The notes below the pieces were generated by a model, which saw only the letters and a list, made by a program, of their open reading frames with translations, was not told where the DNA came from and ran no database searches. Shown here one piece after another: positions 1-6,277 of a DNA stretch of 6,718 nt. A program made the position numbers and the translations under genes. Location of the stretch: the NCBI GenBank assembly GCA_046497275.1, contig JAWOFX010000118.1, positions 1 through 6,718 on the forward strand, given 5' to 3'. Positions within the stretch are counted from its first letter, which is position 1. Each line of letters starts with the position of its first letter. Origin of the DNA: Promethearchaeia archaeon. Its GTDB lineage: Archaea > Asgardarchaeota > Lokiarchaeia > Sigyniarchaeales > SOKP01.

Positions 1-38
1 AAAAATTAATTAGATTATAATTAATTATCCAATAATAA

Positions 39-56
39 GAAAAAATTAAAATTATA
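39..56 (+). promoter_or_regulatory. Possible archaeal BRE/TATA-like promoter of GH29 paralog 1
   Basis: Purine run GAAAAAA (39-45) followed by TTAAAATTATA (46-56), about 17-27 bp upstream of ATG 73. Weak because the background is very AT-rich. Confidence 0.3.
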
Positions 57-72
57 CATAATCAGATTAAAC

Positions 73-1566
73 ATGACCTCTGAAGATAAATATAAACCAA
101 CCTGGAATTCTTTAAAAAGGCATAGAAATCCAGAATGGCTTGATGATGCTAAATTTGGCATCTATTACCATTGGGGAATCTATTCCGTCCCTGAATTCGG
201 GCCAAAAGAGACTGTAAATGGAACTTGGTACGGTCATGCCATGTATCACGAGGGAACACCTCAATATAAACATCATAAAAAAACTTATGGGCATCCCTCG
301 GAGTTTGGATACAAGGATCTAATACCCTTATTTACAGCAGAAAAATTCGATCCCGAAGAATGGGCAAAACTCTTTAAACAAGCAGGAGCAAAATTCGCAG
401 GCCCAGTATGCATTCACCATGACGGTTTTGCAATGTGGGATAGTAAGGTGACAAAATGGAATGCTGCTCAAATGGGCCCTAAAATAGATACTATAGGTGA
501 AATGGAAAAAGCAATCAGAAAACAGGGTTTGAAATTCATCGTAGCATTTCATCATGCCGAGAACCACTGGTTTTTCCCTCACTGGATCAAAAATTGTGAT
601 ACATCAAATCCGGAATTTTCAGGATTATATGGACCAATCCACGATGAAAATTCAGAATTTAACTTACAATGGAGATGGACTCATCAAGCTAAACCAAGTA
701 AGGATTATTTTGATAATTGGAAAGCAAAAATAATTGAGGTTCTAGATAAATATAAGCCTGATCTTATTTGGTTTGATTTTGGATTAGGCAAAATTCCTGA
801 TAAATACAAAAGAGAGATGCTTGCATATTATTTCAATAAAGCTGAAGAGTGGGGAAAGGAGGTTGCCGTAACTTATAAGTTACATGATTTACCGCCAAGT
901 GTTGGCATTCTTGATTATGAATTGGGTATGCCTAATAATTTAACTTATTACAAATGGATAACAGATTCTTCAGTTGACGATCAAGGAGCATGGTCCTATA
1001 TAAAAGATGCAGGATACAAATCAGGAGACATACTTGTTCACAATTTAGTAGATCGGGTATCTAAAAATGGCTATCTTCTACTGAATTTTGGACCGAAAGC
1101 AAATGGTGAAATTCCTGAACCCGCTAAAAATTGCTTGCTTCAAATAGGAAAATGGCTTAAAGTTAATGGAGAAGCAATTTATAATACAACTCCATGGTTT
1201 AAAGCTGGTGAGGGAAATAAAAAACAAGCTAGAGGAGGAGATTTCAGTGAATCCGTAGAATTAAACTATTCTGCTAAGGATATCAGATTTACTGTGAAAG
1301 ATAATACTATTTATGCAATTACTTTAGGGTGGCCTGGTAAAGAATTCAAAATTAAGACGCTGAGAAAATCTTATAAAAAAATTAAAAGATATAGTAAAGC
1401 GACAATGCTTTATTTCGTAATGGATGAATCGGACATTAATTCCATTAAGATGTTAGGCGTTGATAAGGAATTGGAATGGGAACTAACGGATTTAGGTCTT
1501 AAAATAAAGCCTCCGGATGAAAAACCCTGCGAACATGCATATGTTTTTAAGATTTCAAGAAATTGA
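73..1566 (+). CDS. GH29 alpha-L-fucosidase-like glycoside hydrolase (paralog 1), no signal peptide seen
   Basis: 497-aa ORF with GH29 motifs: W.DDAKFGIYYHWG, FDPEEWAKLFKQAGAKF, HHDGFAMWDS, LIWFD (nucleophile D235, codon 775-777), DYE (probable acid/base E283), LVDRVSKNGYLLLNFGPKANGEIP, WLKVNGEAIYNT, DIRFT. Confidence 0.95.
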   Translation: MTSEDKYKPTWNSLKRHRNPEWLDDAKFGIYYHWGIYSVPEFGPKETVNGTWYGHAMYHEGTPQYKHHKKTYGHPSEFGYKDLIPLFTAEKFDPEEWAKLFKQAGAKFAGPVCIHHDGFAMWDSKVTKWNAAQMGPKIDTIGEMEKAIRKQGLKFIVAFHHAENHWFFPHWIKNCDTSNPEFSGLYGPIHDENSEFNLQWRWTHQAKPSKDYFDNWKAKIIEVLDKYKPDLIWFDFGLGKIPDKYKREMLAYYFNKAEEWGKEVAVTYKLHDLPPSVGILDYELGMPNNLTYYKWITDSSVDDQGAWSYIKDAGYKSGDILVHNLVDRVSKNGYLLLNFGPKANGEIPEPAKNCLLQIGKWLKVNGEAIYNTTPWFKAGEGNKKQARGGDFSESVELNYSAKDIRFTVKDNTIYAITLGWPGKEFKIKTLRKSYKKIKRYSKATMLYFVMDESDINSIKMLGVDKELEWELTDLGLKIKPPDEKPCEHAYVFKISRN

Positions 1567-1571
1567 GTAAA

Positions 1572-1587
1572 TTTTTAAACCTTTTTT
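1572..1587 (+). terminator. Possible oligo-T terminator of GH29 paralog 1
   Basis: T5 (1572-1576) and T6 (1582-1587) directly after stop codon 1566. Oligo-T tracts terminate archaeal transcripts. Confidence 0.35.
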
Positions 1588-1601
1588 CATAATTATTTGA
1601 A

Positions 1602-1663
1602 TATTCGTATTAGGATAATTTTAGGCTGTTATAATATTAATGAAAGAATATCCTAGTCGAATA
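1602..1663. repeat. Imperfect inverted repeat between convergent genes
   Basis: TATTCG-TAT-TAGGATA (1602-1617) pairs with TATCCTA-GT-CGAATA (1649-1663). Confidence 0.45.
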
Positions 1664-1711
1664 AACATGAACACTGAAGAAAAATATACAAATCCCTCTT
1701 TTAAGTATTAG
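1662..1711 (+). pseudogene. 5' stub of a GH29 paralog-1-like gene (near-copy of 68-94), mini-ORF MNTEEKYTNPSFKY*
   Basis: TAAACATGAACACTGAAGAAAAATATA (1662-1688) matches TAAACATGACCTCTGAAGATAAATATA (68-94) at 24/27 nt. ORF 1667-1711 aligns to MTSEDKYKPTWNSLK with a short deletion. Confidence 0.65.
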
Positions 1712-1761
1712 AAAAAAAAAAGATTTGAAAAATTATTATTAAATATTAAAAAAATAAAAAA
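1712..1761 (-). terminator. Possible oligo-T terminator of the transporter gene
   Basis: Plus-strand A7-T-A6 (1748-1761) and A10 (1712-1721) read as T tracts on the minus strand, about 25-75 nt past stop 1788. Confidence 0.35.
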
Positions 1762-1787
1762 GTGTTATTAGAAATGATTTTGAATTT

Positions 1788-3203
1788 TTATTTTACTTTA
1801 ACTTTCTTCGAATGAATCTCTGCTCTTTTTATTAAATTCTCTTCAAGTCTTTCTCCATGAATTGGATAGAAATATAGTGCAAAAAATCCGATTCCAAGAA
1901 ATAAGATATTAATCAATCCCATCAAGAAGCGTAATCCCAGAATCACATCAGCACCAGGTAATGGAGTAAATTCTCCCCATCCCGTACCACTAAAAACGAA
2001 ACTTATAATCAGGATAACGATTACTCCTCCAAAACGCGTTACAAATGCCCAAATACCATAAAAACCTCCCTCCCGTCTTGTTCCATATTTGAGTTCATCA
2101 TCATCAATAATTTGTGCTAAAAGTTGATCTTGGATATACATAGATCCGCCTATACCGATACCGCCAATAGCCATGGTGATAAAAGCCATTAATAAATCGT
2201 CAATCCATAAAAAGAAAGTACATGCAAACGCTAAAACCACGAAAACCATCAAGGACATTTTCCATAAGCCCCATTTATTCCTAATTTTCATCCATATGGG
2301 TAAAAAAATTATGCCTACAAGAAAAGTTGTTAAAAGTAATACCCCTATCATGATCGAATTCTCCTCGGCGACTTCAAGTACATATGTGGCATAAAGAGGG
2401 ACTAATGTGATCAACATACCAGTTACAGTAGTCATACATAACCACGCAATAATGAATGATACAAAAGCCTTATTAGTAAAGGTATACTTGATTGATTTAG
2501 TAAAAGATGGGGCAGTTTCAAATTCTTTGGCGAATTCGACCCGCTCTTTTGATCCCCATTTAATAGTAATGAAAATTGTGATTCCTACTATTATCGCAAA
2601 TACAAGTCCGACAGTATTATACTGTGTGATGGTATATTCATATTCAAATTGATTTGCCATATCCTCGATTATTAGGGAAGGTAAAAGAAAAACTATGATC
2701 AATGCCACAATTGCAATAATCATTCTCATAACATTAACTTTCGCTCGTTCGTCTTCTTTGATGAACATTTCAGGAAATAAGGAAACATGATTCAAGGAGT
2801 ACATCGTGAAAAATGTATCAAAAAGAAAGAGAACGACAATAAAATAGATAAAATTCATTTCAACTGAAGTCATTGGAGGTGTCCATAAAAAGAAGCAAAT
2901 AAGGCTTAATGGAACAGCAGCAGCTATCATCCACGGGATGCGACGTCCCCAACGTGTCTTGGTCCGGTCGGAAAGAATCCCTATGAGAGGATCGTTAAAT
3001 GCGTTCCACACAGTCCAAACAGTAAATCCAATACTAACCCAAATTACAGGCAGTTTCGCTACGGAGAAATAAAAAACAAATACAAGTGCTCCAAATCCTT
3101 GATATGCTACGGTATCTGTAATTTCACCAATGCTAAATGCCAATTTCGTTTTGAAATCATAACTTACATAACCATCTGAGGTTTTTGATATGTCTTCTTC
3201 CAT
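1788..3203 (-). CDS. MFS transporter, glycoside-pentoside-hexuronide (GPH/MelB-like) sugar:cation symporter family
   Basis: About 12 hydrophobic segments, with family motifs WNAFNDPLIGILSDRTKTRWGRRIPW, ERAKVNVMR and IIDDDELKYGTRREGGFYG. ATG at 3203 (471 aa, preceded by GGGA) is preferred over the TTG at 3215 used by the ORF track. Confidence 0.92.
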   Translation of the reverse strand: MEEDISKTSDGYVSYDFKTKLAFSIGEITDTVAYQGFGALVFVFYFSVAKLPVIWVSIGFTVWTVWNAFNDPLIGILSDRTKTRWGRRIPWMIAAAVPLSLICFFLWTPPMTSVEMNFIYFIVVLFLFDTFFTMYSLNHVSLFPEMFIKEDERAKVNVMRMIIAIVALIIVFLLPSLIIEDMANQFEYEYTITQYNTVGLVFAIIVGITIFITIKWGSKERVEFAKEFETAPSFTKSIKYTFTNKAFVSFIIAWLCMTTVTGMLITLVPLYATYVLEVAEENSIMIGVLLLTTFLVGIIFLPIWMKIRNKWGLWKMSLMVFVVLAFACTFFLWIDDLLMAFITMAIGGIGIGGSMYIQDQLLAQIIDDDELKYGTRREGGFYGIWAFVTRFGGVIVILIISFVFSGTGWGEFTPLPGADVILGLRFLMGLINILFLGIGFFALYFYPIHGERLEENLIKRAEIHSKKVKVK

Positions 3204-3253
3204 AAAATTTCCCAATTTTTTGATTTATTATTATTTTAATTTGTTTAGTTTTT

Positions 3254-3326
3254 TATAATATGATATGTTATAACCATAAAATAATATAATATGATTTATA
3301 TTTTAAAACGATCTAAAATCATATTA
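3254..3326. promoter_or_regulatory. Three TAATATGAT boxes in the divergent transporter/GH29-2 promoter region, candidate operator
   Basis: TAATATGAT at 3256-3264 (+), 3287-3295 (+) and 3318-3326 (-). Boxes 1 and 2 share the 11-mer TATAATATGAT. Boxes 2 and 3 form a perfect 11-bp inverted repeat TAATATGATTT/AAATCATATTA (3287-3297, 3316-3326). Confidence 0.5.
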
Positions 3327-3369
3327 ATCTACGTTAAGAATCCCATTAATAATTTATTAAATAAAAAAA

Positions 3370-4830
3370 ATGACTAAATTTCAAGCAACCTTGAAATCTG
3401 TGAAGAAACATAAAGTACCAGATTGGTTTCATGATGCAAAGTTTGGAATATTTATTACTTGGGGTTTGTATTCCATTCCTGCGTTTGCACCCTCTAATAA
3501 GGGGGAGAATCTTAAAATTTTAGCGAAAGAGGGCTGGACTGCCTACTATGCACATAATCCATATGTGGAATGGTATTTAAATTCAATGAAGATTACTGAT
3601 AGTCCCACACAAAAGTATCATTTTAAAAGTTATGGAAAGGACTTTTCCTATGAGGATTTCGCCCCAATATTTAATGAAGCGATTCGGGATTGGGATCCAG
3701 AAGAATGGGCAGATTTATTTAAGCAAATGGGTGCAAAATATGTAGTTCTTGTAACGAAACACCATGATGGCTTTCTAATGTGGTCTAGTAAATATCCCAA
3801 TCCAAAGAAAAAGACTTATTGTGCAAATAGGGACATTGTAGGAGAATTAACAAAAGCAGTAAGAGAAAGAGGTATGAAGATGGGTTTATATTATTCTAGC
3901 GGTCTGGATTCGACGTTTGTAAATCTTGAGATCAAAGATGTAGTTGACGAATTTGGGAAAGCCCCAAATAGTCCAGAGTATATTGAAATGATTGATTCAC
4001 ACTGGAAAGAATTGATAGACGTCTATAAACCTTCAATTCTTTGGAATGATATTGGATATCCCAAGGATGCGAACCTCTACGAATTGTTTGCCTACTATTA
4101 TAATAAAGTTCCTGATGGGGTTGTCAATGATCGTTGGATGCAGGTCTCAAATATTCTGAGGAGGTTGGCGACCACTAAAATTGGGAGAATAATTATATGT
4201 TGGTATGTAAAGCGCATGTTTTTAACCAAGGGAATAGTCTCTCCAACCCCTCCGCACTGTGATTTCACTACTCCAGAATATTCTTCTTATTCTAAAATCG
4301 TGGATAAAAAGTGGGAAACTACGAGAGGTTTAGGAACTTCTTTTGGTTTAAATAGGTCCGAAAAGGCTGAAAATTATTTAACTGTCGAGGAATTGGTGCG
4401 CCTTTTTGTAGATGTTGTAAGTAAAAATGGTAATTTGCTACTAAACTTGGGTTCAGAGGCCAATGGAACTATTCCGGAGGATCAAAAAATCCGCGTGTTA
4501 GGTCTAGGTAAGTGGCTTGAAACTAATGGTCAAGCAGTATTTGGAACCCGTCGATGGATTAGGGCAGAAGGGAAAACAACAGAAGGGATTGAAATACGTT
4601 TTACTCAAAAAGCAAATAAATTATTTGTATTTCTATTAGATACTCCTAAAGGATCAGCCATAACAATTAATTCACTTAAATTACTAAAAAAGTCTAAAGT
4701 AAAATGGCTTGGATGCGATGGATTAATAGATTGGATTCAGAAAGGAGATGATTTAACTATTAATGTACCAAAAACTTTATCGAAGAGTCCTGTCTACACA
4801 ATAACTATCACACCTAAACCTCCAAATTAA
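3370..4830 (+). CDS. GH29 alpha-L-fucosidase-like glycoside hydrolase (paralog 2, Thermotoga-type motifs), no signal peptide seen
   Basis: 486-aa ORF with VPDWFHDAKFGIFITWGLYSIPAFAP, NPYVEWY, WDPEEWADLFKQMGAKYVVLVTKHHDGF, ILWND (nucleophile D227), VVNDRW, DFTTPEY (acid/base E303), KWETTRGLGTSFG, DVVSKNGNLLLN. Confidence 0.95.
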   Translation: MTKFQATLKSVKKHKVPDWFHDAKFGIFITWGLYSIPAFAPSNKGENLKILAKEGWTAYYAHNPYVEWYLNSMKITDSPTQKYHFKSYGKDFSYEDFAPIFNEAIRDWDPEEWADLFKQMGAKYVVLVTKHHDGFLMWSSKYPNPKKKTYCANRDIVGELTKAVRERGMKMGLYYSSGLDSTFVNLEIKDVVDEFGKAPNSPEYIEMIDSHWKELIDVYKPSILWNDIGYPKDANLYELFAYYYNKVPDGVVNDRWMQVSNILRRLATTKIGRIIICWYVKRMFLTKGIVSPTPPHCDFTTPEYSSYSKIVDKKWETTRGLGTSFGLNRSEKAENYLTVEELVRLFVDVVSKNGNLLLNLGSEANGTIPEDQKIRVLGLGKWLETNGQAVFGTRRWIRAEGKTTEGIEIRFTQKANKLFVFLLDTPKGSAITINSLKLLKKSKVKWLGCDGLIDWIQKGDDLTINVPKTLSKSPVYTITITPKPPN

Positions 4831-4905
4831 GGATAATATTTCCATCTTACATAGCCAATAAAAATTTATAGATTTAATTTGATTGGTTTAACTCGTTTCC
4901 ACTTT

Positions 4906-5025
4906 AATTGAAATGATATTACCAACTTCTCCTTCACATAAGTCATTATCTGGATCATAACCCATCTATGTAATTGAATCAAAAGCGACAGAGAATCCTT
5001 TCTGACCTTTCTTGTATCTCTTTTT
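4906..5025 (-). pseudogene. Remnant of methylmalonyl-CoA mutase family (acyl-CoA mutase) N-terminal domain
   Basis: Minus frame reads KKRYK-KGQKGFSVAFDSIT*MGYDPDNDLCEGEVGNIISI. This matches the family motif RY/FKYLL..GQTGLSVAFDLPTQ(M/L)GYDSD....EGEVGKVGV(S/A)I as recalled from memory. TAG at 4966-4968 sits at the Gln position (CAG->TAG), about 4 codons are missing before GQ, and there is no start codon. Confidence 0.8.
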
Positions 5026-5265
5026 CTTTTGATGAAATTATATATATTCCCTCAATAAGATTTGATTTGGATAAAACAGATTCGATTATGAATAATTTCT
5101 TTATAATTCATAAAGACTTAAAGTTGAAAAAAAATAATGGATCAATAATTATAGAATAGATAGAATTATTAAATATATAATTAATATCATATTCGAATTA
5201 GATGGATTTTTAATTAGATAAATTAAATTTTTTATTATTAGAGTATGACCAGCGTATTTTCAAAC

Positions 5266-5407
5266 TATTGCCTATTTTCATACAAATTTCGATTATTAAT
5301 AATTGTCAAGTCCTATTTAGAGATTCTCTTCAAATCTCTGAAAAATTTTATTAATATCGGAAAAAATGGGATGATTGTAAAGATCGTATCTCATATTGCC
5401 AATTTTC
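5266..5407. repeat. 14-bp imperfect direct repeat pair
   Basis: TATTGCCTATTTTC (5266-5279) and TATTGCCAATTTTC (5394-5407), 13/14 identical, offset by 128 bp. Confidence 0.45.
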
Positions 5408-5410
5408 GAA

Positions 5411-6277
5411 CTATTCTGAATGGTTAAAAAGAGATCCAATACCAAAAAACGAATTTCTTGAAAAAAACTCGAGTGCATTCTTAAAGGTGAATCCTACATC
5501 TAATTTCTTTGTTGGATTCAGCATTGTTAAAACCATTGACATTGGTTTTTCAATACTAGACACGAAATATTCAAAATTGGATTTCGGCTTAAAATATATA
5601 CTTTTTATTTCATCCGGGACCACATATTTGGCATCTCTGAATAAAGGATTAGATTTCTTGTTGCTAACCATTAGATCATGAAATGCTTCGATTCTTGTTC
5701 TAAGTCCTTCAAAACCAGAACTTCCATCAATACTAAAATGAATGTGGGGCATGTAGAACTTTTCCATGTTTTTTTTAGCTTCTAACATACCCATGAGAGA
5801 TATTTCAGGCATGCAAGTAAATGGAAATATATGAACAAAACCATCAAAACCTTTTTCTTGAGATTCAAGATAACTTCCCATGTTCCATACTGCTTCTCCA
5901 CCAATGTCCATTGGAATATAATTTCTTGCTTTATGTTCAAGTCGTCTTCTTCGTTTGCTGGCGTCAAGTTTGTACATAACCCAATCAAAGACATCATACT
6001 GCTTGTGAACTTCGATACCCATAACGCCTAATTCTCCCATCAGATCATAATTAACCCATTTCTCCAACATAACTTGGATTTCCCCAGTATAACAAACCCT
6101 CAAAGGTTCCATTTCCTTGTCAATAGGAATCTTTCGAAAATGATCATCTATAATTTTATCAAAATTAGATAATTTCATCAAATTATTTTCCTTATCAAGT
6201 AAATTCATCAAATTATGAACTACTTTGGTAGTCATTGATTTGTTTTTTTCTCGACATCTAACAAGTCCTTCATTCAA
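5411..6277 (-). pseudogene. 5'-truncated 2-hydroxyacyl-CoA dehydratase-like / CoA-enzyme-activase-associated protein (C-terminal half)
   Basis: Motifs VRCREKNK, LRVCYTGEIQVMLE..VNYDL, IGGEAVWNMG, FDGFVHIFPFTCMPE (conserved Cys), MPHIHFSIDGSSGFEGLRTRIEAF. Similarity runs right up to the ORF 5' end, the TTG start lies inside the tnpB junction, and the N-terminal part expected for the family is absent. Confidence 0.75.

Noticed and set aside
112-582. Minus-strand ORFs 112-294 and 328-582
   Set aside because: Antisense shadows of GH29 paralog 1 with no recognisable motifs.
2173-2652. Plus-strand ORFs 2173-2394 and 2407-2652
   Set aside because: Antisense shadows of the transporter gene.
4856-4887. 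CCAATAAAA/TTTGATTGG hairpin after GH29 paralog 2
   Set aside because: Weak, AT-rich and imperfect; not distinguishable from chance.
4888-4968. TAG-ATG as pyrrolysine readthrough, or a functional 25-aa peptide MGYDPD...
   Set aside because: TAG sits at a conserved Gln (single C->T change), the frame has no start codon and it carries a deletion, so a pseudogene is simpler.
4974-5159. 61-aa plus-strand ORF
   Set aside because: TTG start, no motif, and partly antisense to the mutase remnant, which explains the sequence better.
5245-5427. 60-aa plus-strand ORF
   Set aside because: Composition typical of translated AT-rich DNA, no motif, and it overlaps the end of the minus-strand gene.
5355-5681. 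Stop-free plus frame YRKKWDDCKDRISYCQFSNYSEWLKRDPIPKNEF..., which includes ORF 5487-5681
   Set aside because: Looks protein-like at its start, but has no start codon there, no family I recognise, and mostly overlaps the dehydratase-like frame. A BLAST search would settle it.
5782-6031. ORFs 5782-5997 (-) and 5831-6031 (+)
   Set aside because: Alternative-frame and antisense ORFs inside the dehydratase-like gene.
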